This document shows positions 9,533-19,048 of a DNA stretch of 38,237 bases, one piece after another (within the stretch, counting starts at the first letter, position 1; every line of letters begins with the position of its first letter). The position numbers and the translations under genes are program-made. The notes beneath the pieces were generated by a model. It ran no database searches. It saw only the letters and a list, made by a program, of their open reading frames with translations, and had not been told where the DNA came from. Source of the DNA: Flavobacteriaceae bacterium. GTDB lineage: Bacteria > Bacteroidota > Bacteroidia > Flavobacteriales > Flavobacteriaceae. Where the stretch lies: contig JAYPMN010000001.1 of assembly GCA_038129925.1 (NCBI GenBank), positions 1 through 38,237 on the forward strand, given 5' to 3'.

Positions 9533-9617
9533 AATTTGCTAAAATAGCATATCAGACCAATATTTGCTTGGGAATTCGAAGGAAGAAATTAACAATATAC
9601 CGTTGAAAATTATTCTA

Positions 9618-9639
9618 GAAGAAACTAAGCTGTTTCTTC
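9618..9639 (-). other. 8-bp hairpin spanning the parE stop codon
   Basis: GAAGAAAC-taagct-GTTTCTTC, with perfect arms at 9618..9625 and 9632..9639. The parE TAG (9625..9627) spans the stem-loop junction. The downstream sequence on the mRNA is only moderately U-rich. Confidence 0.3.
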
Positions 9640-11484
9640 CAGTAAATCCAATTCGACTTTTAAATTGTCGATGATGAAATTTTGGCGGTCTTGGGTGTTT
9701 TTTCCCATATAGAACTCTAAAAGTTGGTCAATGGTGGTTGCTTTGTCTAACATGACAGGATCCAATCGTATGTCTTCCCCAATAAAAAACTTAAACTCAT
9801 CTGGAGAAATCTCTCCCAAACCTTTAAATCGGGTAATTTCGGGCTTTCCACTTAACTTTTCAATGGCATCTCGTCGCTCCTGTTCACTGTAACAATAAAA
9901 GGTTTGCTTTTTGTCTCTGACCCTAAAAAGGGGTGTTTGCAAAATATACAAATGTCCTTCCTTAATGAGTTCGGGGAAAAACTGTAGAAAAAAAGTAATC
10001 AGTAAAAGTCGGATGTGCATCCCGTCCACATCTGCATCAGTGGCAATTACAATATTGTTGTACCTCAAATCTTCCAAGCTGTCCTCAATGTTGAGTGCCG
10101 CCTGAAGAAGGTTAAACTCCTCGTTTTCGTAAACGATTTTTTTGGACATGCCGTAACTGTTTAAAGGCTTTCCTCTTAAGCTAAAAACGGCTTGGGTGTT
10201 GACATCACGAGATTTAGTAATTGAACCGCTAGCAGAGTCTCCCTCAGTAATAAAGAGTGTAGATTCCAAACGACGGTTCTTTTTCAGATCGGGCAAATGC
10301 ACTCGGCAGTCTCTGAGTTTTTTATTGTGCAGGCTTGCCTTTTTAGCTCGCTCTCTAGCTAATTTACGTATACCTGAGAGTTCTTTTCGCTCTTTTTCAG
10401 CCTGAATGATTTTCTTTTGGATGCTTTCTGCTACAGTGGGGTTTTTATGTAAAAAATTATCCAATTGCGTGCTGAGAAATTCAACAATATAGCTCCGTAC
10501 TGTAGGCATGCCGTCACCCATTTCTGTTGAACCCAGTTTGGTTTTGGTTTGGGATTCAAAGACCGGTTCCATTACCTTTATACTGATGGCAGAGATTACA
10601 GATTTCCGAATGTCGGAAGCGTCGTAATTCTTTCCAAAATGCTCCCGTATGGTTTTGACCAGCCCCTCTCTGAATGCAGATTGATGAGTTCCACCTTGGG
10701 TGGTGTGTTGACCGTTCACAAAAGAGTGGTATTCTTCGCTATACTGAGTTTTACTGTGGGTAAGGGCAACCTCTATATCTTCTCCTTTGATATGGATAAT
10801 GGGATAAAGCAGATCTGCTTGGTTAGTGTAATCTGTCAAGAGATCTTTTAACCCATTTTCAGAAAAGAACTTTTCACCATTTAATTCTATTGTCAAACCC
10901 GGATTGAGATACACATAATTTTTAATCATGCGTTCTACGTACTCCAAACGGTATTTGTAGTTTTTAAATATAGTTGTGTCTGGTATGAACTCCACCTTGG
11001 TCCCTCTTCTTCTTGAACTGGCTTCTACGGGTGCATCATCTTTGAGGTCACCAAAGGCAAATGAAGCTGTTTTGCTCTGCTTATCCCGATTGGACTCTAC
11101 GGTAAAACTCGAGGAAAGTGCGTTGACTGCCTTGGTTCCAACTCCGTTTAGACCTACCGACTTTTTAAAGGCTCTAGAATCGTATTTCCCTCCAGTATTC
11201 ATCTTAGATACCACATCCACGACCTTTCCGAGGGGAATACCCCTACCGTAGTCACGAACCTTAACTAGATTCTCTTTAATTGAAATCTCGATGGTCTTCC
11301 CCGCCCCCATTACAAATTCATCGATACAATTGTCTAGAACCTCTTTAAGGAGTATGTAAATCCCATCATCTGGGGAAGAGCCGTCGCCTAACTTTCCAAT
11401 ATACATGCCAGGACGCATTCTAATGTGCTCTTTCCAGTCAAGGGAGCGTATATTTTCTTCAGTATAGGTTGTGGTATTCTTCAT
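9625..11484 (-). CDS. parE: DNA topoisomerase IV subunit B
   Basis: 619 aa. It has a GHKL ATPase N-terminus ([17 protein letters not shown]), a TOPRIM EGDSA motif and PLRGK-like SLRGKPLN. It is shorter than GyrB and sits next to parC. Confidence 0.9.
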   Translation of the reverse strand: MKNTTTYTEENIRSLDWKEHIRMRPGMYIGKLGDGSSPDDGIYILLKEVLDNCIDEFVMGAGKTIEISIKENLVKVRDYGRGIPLGKVVDVVSKMNTGGKYDSRAFKKSVGLNGVGTKAVNALSSSFTVESNRDKQSKTASFAFGDLKDDAPVEASSRRRGTKVEFIPDTTIFKNYKYRLEYVERMIKNYVYLNPGLTIELNGEKFFSENGLKDLLTDYTNQADLLYPIIHIKGEDIEVALTHSKTQYSEEYHSFVNGQHTTQGGTHQSAFREGLVKTIREHFGKNYDASDIRKSVISAISIKVMEPVFESQTKTKLGSTEMGDGMPTVRSYIVEFLSTQLDNFLHKNPTVAESIQKKIIQAEKERKELSGIRKLARERAKKASLHNKKLRDCRVHLPDLKKNRRLESTLFITEGDSASGSITKSRDVNTQAVFSLRGKPLNSYGMSKKIVYENEEFNLLQAALNIEDSLEDLRYNNIVIATDADVDGMHIRLLLITFFLQFFPELIKEGHLYILQTPLFRVRDKKQTFYCYSEQERRDAIEKLSGKPEITRFKGLGEISPDEFKFFIGEDIRLDPVMLDKATTIDQLLEFYMGKNTQDRQNFIIDNLKVELDLLEETA

Positions 11485-11562
11485 GCTATCAAAAGCTAAT
11501 ATAGTTTATTGAATTCATATTTTTCGTTCCCTAATCAGCTAAGAAATCAACAATTCTCAAGT

Positions 11563-11570
11563 TATTTTTG
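11563..11570 (+). promoter_or_regulatory. -7 promoter box TATTTTTG upstream of the Dabb-glycosidase unit
   Basis: Exact TAnnTTTG, 63 nt upstream of ATG 11634. The longer spacing lowers confidence. Confidence 0.35.
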
Positions 11571-11633
11571 TTAAAAAGTTCTATTTTAGGGACTCAAGAA
11601 TAACTCAACGTTCAGACAGATTAAAACACTTCT

Positions 11634-11978
11634 ATGGCATCAAATGACATTCAAAATACTACTGGTCCTTTATTACACATTGTATTCTTTTGGCTTAAAG
11701 AGCCTAACAATCAGGAACACCGCAGTCAATTTGAAACTGCGATAAAAAAGTTAATTGACACCAACCCCCAAGCAATAGCGAATCATCTGGGGTGTCCTGC
11801 AGCTACTGAAAAAAGGGATGTAGTCGACAATTCATTTACATATTGTTACACCATGAGTTTTGCTGATTTAGAAGTTCAAAACACCTATCAAAGCGATCCC
11901 ACACACGAATTGTTTATCGAGGAAGCATCTCACCTGTGGGAACGTGTTTTGGTCAGTGATTCCATAGCCCTGTCTTAG
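11634..11978 (+). CDS. Dabb (stress-responsive alpha/beta barrel) domain protein
   Basis: 114 aa. Size and pattern fit the Dabb family: LLHIVFFWLKEP..., then ...FADLEVQNTYQSDPTHELF. Confidence 0.7.
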   Translation: MASNDIQNTTGPLLHIVFFWLKEPNNQEHRSQFETAIKKLIDTNPQAIANHLGCPAATEKRDVVDNSFTYCYTMSFADLEVQNTYQSDPTHELFIEEASHLWERVLVSDSIALS

Positions 11979-11994
11979 TTTAAAATTAAAAAGT

Positions 11995-13128
11995 ATGAAA
12001 AATCACTTTTGTATTCTAATAATTTTTAACCTCTTATTCGTTCAATGCCAGCAAGCCTTAAAAACTCCGGTAGCAGAACGCTGGTCAGAAGAAAAAGCCT
12101 GGAAATGGCATCAAGAAAACGGCTGGATGGCAGGAACCAATTTCAATCCCAGTACAGCCATCAATCAGTTGGAATTTTTTCAAGAAGAAAGTTTTGATTT
12201 GGAGACAATTGATCGAGAATTGAGTTGGTCGGCAGAATTGGGAATGAAAATGCATCGAGTTTACCTCCACAATCTTTTGTGGGATCAGGACTCTTTGGGT
12301 TTTATCAACAGGATCAACGCTTATCTCGAAACAGCGGATAAATATCAAATCAAAACCATGTTTGTGCTGCTGGACGACGTTTGGCATCCAGTGCCCAAAT
12401 TGGGTAAACAACCAGACCCCACCCCTTTTGTTCACAATTCAGGCTGGGTTCAAGCTCCTGGAGCAGCAATTTTAGGTGATTCTCTTCGTCACGACGAACT
12501 TAAAAACTACATTAAAGGGGTAGTCAGTCACCTTGCAGAGGACAAACGTGTTGTTGCCTGGGATCTTTACAACGAACCGGATAATGTCGCCAATCAGCCA
12601 GGATATGCTGAACTCGAAATCAAAGACAAGTACACTTACACTTTTGCACTTTTAAAAAAAGTAGTGCGTTGGGCAAGAGAAGTCAATCCTTCCCAACCGT
12701 TAACAATCGGGATTTGGAAAGGGGATCACAGCCTTTGGGGGAATCCACAAGCTCAAAGACCCCTAGAACGCTTTATGATTGAAAATTCCGATGTGATTTC
12801 ATTTCATTCGTATGACAACCTGCAAATAACAAGAGAAAAGGTGGAGGAACTTAAAAAGTACAACCGACCCATAATTTGCACTGAATATCTGGCTAGAGGA
12901 AATGGAAGCACCTTTGAAGACATCCTTCCTATGTTTAAAGAAAATGAGATTCACGCCGTAAATTGGGGTTTCGTATCGGGTAAATCCAATACTATTTTTC
13001 CATGGTCCTCATGGACAAAAGCATTTGACTCCATGCCTAAAGTGTGGCACCACGATATTTACCGAACAGATAAAAGTCCTTTTTCAGAAGAAGAAATAGC
13101 GTTTTTAAAGGCTGAAATAATGAAATAA
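11995..13128 (+). CDS. secreted glycoside hydrolase, clan GH-A (GH5-like)
   Basis: 377 aa with an N-terminal signal peptide. WDLYNEPDN is the NEP acid/base motif and ICTEYLARG is the candidate nucleophile Glu. Substrate is unknown. Confidence 0.7.
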   Translation: MKNHFCILIIFNLLFVQCQQALKTPVAERWSEEKAWKWHQENGWMAGTNFNPSTAINQLEFFQEESFDLETIDRELSWSAELGMKMHRVYLHNLLWDQDSLGFINRINAYLETADKYQIKTMFVLLDDVWHPVPKLGKQPDPTPFVHNSGWVQAPGAAILGDSLRHDELKNYIKGVVSHLAEDKRVVAWDLYNEPDNVANQPGYAELEIKDKYTYTFALLKKVVRWAREVNPSQPLTIGIWKGDHSLWGNPQAQRPLERFMIENSDVISFHSYDNLQITREKVEELKKYNRPIICTEYLARGNGSTFEDILPMFKENEIHAVNWGFVSGKSNTIFPWSSWTKAFDSMPKVWHHDIYRTDKSPFSEEEIAFLKAEIMK

Positions 13129-13132
13129 GGTA

Positions 13133-14731
13133 TTACGAAGCTGATTTTAAGCTGTTTTGAGCTTGACGGAAATTGTCAATGGCCACAAAGTAATCTGGAT
13201 CTTCCAACACATTTACGTCACAGATTTTTTCAGCCTTTTTAATCAGTTTTACACAATCGGAGGACAAATGTCTCAAGTGAATGTTTTTTCCTTGCTTTAA
13301 ATAACGCTCTGTCAATTTATTGACACATTCTATGGCCGATTGATCTACTATACGCGATTCCTTAAAATCGATAATGACTTCATCAGGGTCGTTTTGAATA
13401 TCAAATTTGCTATTAAAAAGTTCAATACAACCAAAAAATAAGGGGCCGTAGATTTCATAATGTTTTACTCCAAACTCATCAATATGCTTACGCGCTCGAA
13501 TGCGCTTGGCATTTTCCCATGCAAAAACAAGGGAAGAAAAAATAACTCCTGCCAAAACAGCTATTGCTAAGTCAAAAATAACGGTTAATCCTGTGACCAA
13601 TATGATCACAATTACATCGGATTTGGGCACTTTATTCAACACCTAAAAAGTACTCCAGGCAAAGGTACCAATGACCACCATAAACATGACTCCTACTAAA
13701 GCTGCTATTGGGACTTGTTCAATAAGATTGGATCCGAATAAAATAAAGCCTAATAAAGCAATTGCAGCTACAATTCCTGACAACCTTCCACGACCACCAG
13801 ATTTGATGTTGATGATACTCTGTCCAATCATTGCACAGCCCCCCATACCTCCAAAAAGACCGTTTATAGTATTGGCTGCTCCTTGAGCAATACATTCTTT
13901 ATTTCCGTTCCCATGGGAATCAGTTAATTCATCTATTAGGTTGAGAGTCATCAATGACTCTATCAATCCAATAACAGCCAAAATCGATGCGTAAGGCAAA
14001 ACAAACAAAAGAGTCTCTAAAGAGAGTGCAACTGAAGGAAAGTGAAATGTTGGAAGTCCGGCTTTGATACTACTCCCACCATTGGAAAGAATAAAAGAAC
14101 GTACCGTTTCCGTTTCCACACCACTAAAGATCACCACTATAGATACAATCAAAATTGCGGTCAAAGCTGCTGGTGTTTTTTTAGTTAACATGGGCAAGAA
14201 AAACATGATTGCCATAGTGGTAATTACCAAGCCGATCATCATCATTAAAGCTGATCCTTCTAACCATTGACCTTGACTTTTAAACATTCCTAATTGAGAA
14301 ATAAAAATTACAATTGCTAGTCCGTTGACGAATCCCATCATGACTGAATACGGAATCATCCGTACAAATTTCCCGAGGCGCAAGAGCCCTGCCAGCATTT
14401 GTATTCCACCAGTCAAAAGCAACGTAAAAAATAAATATTGCAGCCCTGCAGCATCGGAACCACCTAAAGTGTTTCCTTCTTTAACCAAATGAACCATAAC
14501 TACGGCCATGGCCCCTGTAGCACCGGAAATCATCCCAGGGCGTCCACCAAAAATTGAGGTTATCAAACCCATCATAAAAGCCCCATAAAGACCGACTACA
14601 GGCGAAACACCCGCCACAAATGCAAAAGCTACGGCTTCGGGCACCAAGGCCAAGGCAACCGTTATTCCAGATAAAATATCGTTTTTGACACTTCCGCCTG
14701 TTGCTTTGTCTATAAGTTGAAATGCTTTCAA
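13133..14731 (-). pseudogene. SulP family anion transporter interrupted by one in-frame TAG (fragments 13643..14731 and 13133..13642)
   Basis: The two track ORFs are in the same frame (1599 nt = 533 codons). TAG (plus-strand cta, 13643..13645) is followed directly by GTG (13640..13642). The N-terminal part is the SulP membrane domain. The C-terminal part is the last TM helix plus a STAS domain. The start is TTG at 14731. Confidence 0.8.
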
Positions 14732-14754
14732 AGGCTAATATTAAAATTAAGCTG

Positions 14755-14762
14755 CAAAAGTA
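14755..14762 (-). promoter_or_regulatory. -7 promoter box TACTTTTG upstream of the SulP gene
   Basis: Exact TAnnTTTG, 23 nt upstream of the TTG start. The same GCAAAAGTAAT string recurs at 16569 and 17836. Confidence 0.45.
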
Positions 14763-14807
14763 ATAGGATTCAATAGATTAGCCCTGTAGTAGTGTAAAAA
14801 TTTTAAT

Positions 14808-15446
14808 TTATTTCGAAACCGACCGCGCGATCAAAAAGATTGCAATCCAATAAGTGGATAGTATTAAGATACCTGAAAAGGAAAAAGAAAAATAAAATTT
14901 ATCAATTGCTATTAAAGCATCTGAAAATAAAAACAGTGAGACAGCCCAACCAAAAAAACTGCGATATTCCATTTTTGGATTGAGTGCCAGGGCCCAACCT
15001 TGCCAGCTCATGAGTACAATGACTATGAGATAAATCAATACAGGATAAAACAAACTGTCTAAATTATCCGACACTAATGTAAATATTCCAATTGCAATAA
15101 GGGCTAAGACAACTGCAACTTTTGGCTCCCATAGCCATCCTTGTCTTTTTACAAAGGCGTAAAGAAAAATCAAATGTGCAACTAAAAAAGAGGCTAAGCC
15201 CCATATAAAATAAGACTCGAAGAGTAAAAAGGTATCACCTATAAGGCAAAAAAATAGTCCAATACCGATACGCTTAGAATAGCTGTTGCTTGCTGTATTC
15301 CTAAAAATCAATAGATAGGCGAGAATTGAGATGGTACACAATGGCTTTAAGGCGATAAACAATGGGGAATTAAAAAGTTCAGCACCAATTGCAGCAATCC
15401 CAAAAGCCATTATAAGAAATTTATGTTGGGATTGGCTGATGTTCAT
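14808..15446 (-). CDS. YhhN family membrane protein (lysoplasmalogenase-like)
   Basis: 212 aa and polytopic. It has YhhN-type motifs LIGDTFLL and FSDALIAIDKF. It lies 12 nt downstream of ychF. Confidence 0.75.
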   Translation of the reverse strand: MNISQSQHKFLIMAFGIAAIGAELFNSPLFIALKPLCTISILAYLLIFRNTASNSYSKRIGIGLFFCLIGDTFLLFESYFIWGLASFLVAHLIFLYAFVKRQGWLWEPKVAVVLALIAIGIFTLVSDNLDSLFYPVLIYLIVIVLMSWQGWALALNPKMEYRSFFGWAVSLFLFSDALIAIDKFYFSFSFSGILILSTYWIAIFLIARSVSK

Positions 15447-15458
15447 TTCTCAATAGTT

Positions 15459-16553
15459 TTAGACGTTAAATCGAAAATGCATAACATCTCCATTTTGAAC
15501 GATGTACTCCTTACCCTCTACCCGCATCTTTCCAGCTTCTTTTACTTTAGCTTCTGATCCGTAGTTTTCGTAATCCTCATAGCTGATCACTTCTGCACGA
15601 ATAAAACCTTTTTCAAAGTCGGTATGTATCACTCCTGCTGCCTGTGGAGCCGTAGCTCCAATATGGATAGTCCACGCGCGTACTTCTTTTTCACCTGCTG
15701 TAAAATAAGTTTGTTGATTGAGTAATGAATAGGCCGCTCTAATCAGCTTTGCAGCCCCTGCTTCCTCCAGCCCTAAATCCTCAAGGAACATTTGTCGCTC
15801 CTCAAAACTGTCCAGTTCATTAATGTCAGCCTCTATACTTACCGCCAATATTAAAAGACCAGCTGCCTCATCTGCCACAGCCTCTTTGATTTGATCGACA
15901 TATGCATTCCCAGTTTTTGCAGCTGCCTCATCCACATTACACACATACAGTACAGGTTTGTCAGTAATCAACTGCAACGGCTTGACATATTCTAGACGCT
16001 CTTCTTCCTTCATCTCGAGGCTTCTTACATTTTTCGACTGCTCTAAGGCATTTTTGACTCCATCCAGTACCTCTTTTTCTTTGATTGCTTCTTTGTTACC
16101 AGTCCGTGCTGCACGACCTACTTTTTCAAGTTTTTTCTCAACAGTTTCAAGGTCTTTAAGCTGAAGCTCTATATCTATAGTTTCTTTATCACGGATTGGT
16201 TTGACTGAACCGTCAACATGAACGATATTGTCATTGTCAAAACAACGCAAAACGTGAATTATGGCATCTGTTTCACGAATGTTGGCCAAAAACTGATTTC
16301 CCAAACCTTCTCCTTTGCTCGCACCTTTTACCAAACCAGCAATATCTACGATTTCAACAGTTGCTGGTAAAACACGTTCAGGTTTAACAAGTTCTTCAAG
16401 AGTTTGAAGGCGTGTATCAGGAACATTAACCACACCGATATTGGGCTCGATGGTGCAAAAAGGAAAATTTGCACTTTGCGCTTTTGCATTAGAAAGACAA
16501 TTGAAGAGTGTGGATTTTCCCACATTAGGTAAGCCTACGATACCAGCTTTCAT
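15459..16553 (-). CDS. ychF: redox-regulated ATPase YchF (ribosome-binding Obg-like ATPase)
   Basis: 364 aa. It has the GIVGLPNVGKSTLFN P-loop, FCTIEPN, DIAGLV and a C-terminal TGS-like end, DGDVMHFRFNV. Confidence 0.95.
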   Translation of the reverse strand: MKAGIVGLPNVGKSTLFNCLSNAKAQSANFPFCTIEPNIGVVNVPDTRLQTLEELVKPERVLPATVEIVDIAGLVKGASKGEGLGNQFLANIRETDAIIHVLRCFDNDNIVHVDGSVKPIRDKETIDIELQLKDLETVEKKLEKVGRAARTGNKEAIKEKEVLDGVKNALEQSKNVRSLEMKEEERLEYVKPLQLITDKPVLYVCNVDEAAAKTGNAYVDQIKEAVADEAAGLLILAVSIEADINELDSFEERQMFLEDLGLEEAGAAKLIRAAYSLLNQQTYFTAGEKEVRAWTIHIGATAPQAAGVIHTDFEKGFIRAEVISYEDYENYGSEAKVKEAGKMRVEGKEYIVQNGDVMHFRFNV

Positions 16554-16569
16554 AAAGAATAATTTTCCG

Positions 16570-16577
16570 CAAAAGTA
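16570..16577 (-). promoter_or_regulatory. -7 promoter box TACTTTTG upstream of ychF-yhhN
   Basis: Exact TAnnTTTG, 16 nt upstream of the ychF ATG. Confidence 0.5.
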
Positions 16578-16633
16578 ATCTTTCTTTTACACTTGAATTT
16601 AGTTCTTATTAAAGAATAGTTTAATTTGGTGAA

Positions 16634-17476
16634 ATGAATAAAAAATATTTGATTATACACGCTGATGATGCGGGTATGGCATGGTCGGAAAACAAGGCCA
16701 CACAAATCGGACTGCTGGAAGGATCCATTAATTCGACCAGTTTAATGGTACCCTGTCCCTGGTTTTTTGAAATGGCTCAATTCTGTCTCGAACATCCAGA
16801 AGTTGACTACGGTATTCACCTCACCCTTACTGGAGAATGGAAAACCTATCCCTTCCGACCGATCACCCCTTTAGATCAAATTCCCTCACTGGTCAATCAT
16901 CAAGGCTATTTTTATCCAAAAAGAACGGCTATTCGAGATGGTGCTATTTTGGAGGAGGTGTATTTAGAGCTGAAAAATCAAATAGAATTTGCCTTGTCTT
17001 TGGGCTTAAAACCAACTCATCTCGATTCTCATATGTACACTTTAGGAGTTCGACAAGATTTAATAGACCTTTATCAAAAGTTGGGCAAAGAATACAACTT
17101 ACCAATAGTGCTAAGCAAAAAACTCATTTCCTACACAGGAGAATCTGCTACAGCATTTAAACTACCTGAAAAAGGCTGCTGGGAATCCATCTACATGGGA
17201 TCGTTTGATGAGTTTTCCAACCGAGGTTTAGCTTACTTTTACGACCACTGTCTGGATAATCTAAGTGAAGGATTTTCCTTATTGCTTATTCATCCTGCTT
17301 TAAAAAGTACTGAAATGGAACAAATCGCAGTTGACCATCCTAATTTTGGTGATCAGTGGCGGGCAGAAGATGCCGCTTACTTTTCAAGTGAACATTGCGC
17401 CAACAAACTCCGAGAAAATTCAATTGAATTGATTGACTTTCGCCATCCAGAATTGCTTAGTTTTCTGGGTGCATAA
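16634..17476 (+). CDS. ChbG/HpnK (YdjC) family carbohydrate deacetylase
   Basis: 280 aa. It has the N-terminal IIHADDAGM motif, HLTLT and THLDSHM metal-binding motifs typical of the YdjC family. Confidence 0.8.
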   Translation: MNKKYLIIHADDAGMAWSENKATQIGLLEGSINSTSLMVPCPWFFEMAQFCLEHPEVDYGIHLTLTGEWKTYPFRPITPLDQIPSLVNHQGYFYPKRTAIRDGAILEEVYLELKNQIEFALSLGLKPTHLDSHMYTLGVRQDLIDLYQKLGKEYNLPIVLSKKLISYTGESATAFKLPEKGCWESIYMGSFDEFSNRGLAYFYDHCLDNLSEGFSLLLIHPALKSTEMEQIAVDHPNFGDQWRAEDAAYFSSEHCANKLRENSIELIDFRHPELLSFLGA

Positions 17477-17810
17477 AACGTTGCTTCCCAAGTAAAGTCT
17501 CTTCAGACTCCACGTGATCCTCGTCAGGAACACAACAATCAACAGGACAAACGGCTGCACATTGGGGTTCATCATGGAATCCTTTACACTCAGTGCATTT
17601 GTCCGGCACTATAAAATAATATTCATCAGAAACAGGCTCTTGAAATACATCACTGTTGACTTGCTTTCCGTTAGGCAGAACCACATCTCCTTTTAAAGAT
17701 GTTCCGTCTTGATAACGCCAATCTTCCGCACCCTCATAAATTGCGGTATTGGGACATTCTGGTTCGCAAGCACCACAATTAATGCATTCGTCAGTAATGA
17801 TTATAGCCAT
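17457..17810 (-). CDS. 4Fe-4S dicluster ferredoxin (Alvin-type spacing)
   Basis: 117 aa. The first cluster motif is [12 protein letters not shown]. The second is [18 protein letters not shown], with an insertion between Cys 2 and Cys 3. Confidence 0.9.
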   Translation of the reverse strand: MAIIITDECINCGACEPECPNTAIYEGAEDWRYQDGTSLKGDVVLPNGKQVNSDVFQEPVSDEYYFIVPDKCTECKGFHDEPQCAAVCPVDCCVPDEDHVESEETLLGKQRFMHPEN

Positions 17811-17826
17811 AGCAATTTTCTTTGCT

Positions 17827-17834
17827 TACATTTG
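17827..17834 (+). promoter_or_regulatory. -7 promoter box TACATTTG upstream of the acyl-CoA reductase gene
   Basis: Exact TAnnTTTG, 37 nt upstream of ATG 17872. It is separated by 2 nt from the oppositely oriented ferredoxin box. Confidence 0.45.
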
Positions 17835-17836
17835 CG

Positions 17837-17844
17837 CAAAAGTA
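17837..17844 (-). promoter_or_regulatory. -7 promoter box TACTTTTG upstream of the ferredoxin gene
   Basis: Exact TAnnTTTG, 26 nt upstream of ATG 17810. Confidence 0.45.
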
Positions 17845-17871
17845 ATACCTTCATCGTTACTGGACAAAGAA

Positions 17872-18897
17872 ATGACTGCAAACTTAAATCGCTTCAAAGC
17901 CCTTGTTAAATTAGGAGATTACCTGCTTCATTTCAAGGGTGATGAGTCAACCTATACAGACCTCAATAAATGTGTAAAACTAGCTGCTGCGGCCAACGGA
18001 TGGTTCACATATGAAAATATCACCAAATCATTTACAGATTGGGGAAATGTCTTAACTGAAGACCACTTAAACTCATGGCTACAACCCTATAATTCTACAC
18101 CTATATCCAAACCAAAGAATATTGCGCTTATTTTGGCTGGAAACATTCCACTAGTTGGTTTCCACGATTTGATTTGTGTTTGGTTGAGCGGTCATCAAAG
18201 TACTATTAAATGCGCCTCAAAAGACGAACATTTACTCCCCTTTCTCTGTCGCTTTTTGGAAAATGAAGCGGATGAATACTGTTTTACTTTTACCAAAGAG
18301 CCCTTTTCTAATTTTGATGCTGTAATTGCAACTGGATCTGATAATGCAGGTCGCTATTTTGATCATTATTTTGGTAACTATCCACATATCATTCGAAAAA
18401 ACAGAAATGGGATTGCTGTTTTAGACGGGGGTGAAAGCCAAGAGGACCTTCAAAAACTTGGGCTTGACATTTTGCAATATTTTGGATTAGGCTGTAGGAA
18501 TGTCTCTAAACTGTATTTGCCTAAAAACTACGATCTCAATCTTATCTTTGGTGGACTTTACCCGTTATCAGAGATCATTCAGCATGCCAAATATGCTAAC
18601 AATTATGATTACAATAAGGCAATATTTTTGATGAGTGAGTTTGATTTTCTTGAAAATGGATTTATAATTTTAAGAGAAAATTCAGAATTTAGTGCCCCAA
18701 TAGCCTGTGTTCACTATGAATACTATGATAAGCTTGAGGATTTAAATAAAATTTTGGATTCCCAAAAGGATAAGATCCAATGTGTAATTTCAAAGATGGA
18801 ACTCATCAATGCTATCCCCTTTGGTAAAGCCCAACAGCCCAAACTAAATGACTATGCTGACGGGGTTGACACTCTTGCATTTTTAAAAAAACTCTAG
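17872..18897 (+). CDS. LuxC-like acyl-CoA reductase family protein
   Basis: I place the start at ATG 17872 (MTANLNRF...). The track's upstream extension overlaps the ferredoxin gene and both promoter boxes. The length (about 341 aa) and overall pattern resemble the flavobacterial acyl-CoA reductase family. Confidence 0.65.
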   Translation: MTANLNRFKALVKLGDYLLHFKGDESTYTDLNKCVKLAAAANGWFTYENITKSFTDWGNVLTEDHLNSWLQPYNSTPISKPKNIALILAGNIPLVGFHDLICVWLSGHQSTIKCASKDEHLLPFLCRFLENEADEYCFTFTKEPFSNFDAVIATGSDNAGRYFDHYFGNYPHIIRKNRNGIAVLDGGESQEDLQKLGLDILQYFGLGCRNVSKLYLPKNYDLNLIFGGLYPLSEIIQHAKYANNYDYNKAIFLMSEFDFLENGFIILRENSEFSAPIACVHYEYYDKLEDLNKILDSQKDKIQCVISKMELINAIPFGKAQQPKLNDYADGVDTLAFLKKL

Positions 18898-19048
18898 TTG
18901 GGCTTGATGAAATTACAGTCCAATTTTTTTTACCCCTTGAATGGAAATGCAGGTGTTAACAACTCCAACAAAAAAAACAGTCCAAAAACTCTTGATTTAG
19001 CCTTAGAATCGCAATATTTGCAAAAAATTAAACACTTCAAAAAAAGCT

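Noticed and set aside
14733-14783. A 7-bp inverted repeat GGCTAAT...ATTAGCC flanking the SulP -7 box. A similar one, TCCCTAA...TTAGGGA, lies in 11528..11601.
   Set aside because: The arms are short and the spacers are 37 to 60 nt, so these are not credible hairpins or operators. They are consistent with chance in AT-rich spacers.
17749-17871. N-terminal extensions offered by the ORF track: 17749 for the acyl-CoA reductase, 20083 for serA, 25374 for pxpA, 23317 for TIGR02757, 5164 for the peptidase and 22724 for the ABC ATPase.
   Set aside because: The extensions overlap the neighbouring gene or sit on top of promoter boxes. They encode non-conserved-looking sequence. In each case an in-frame start at the expected family N-terminus exists downstream.
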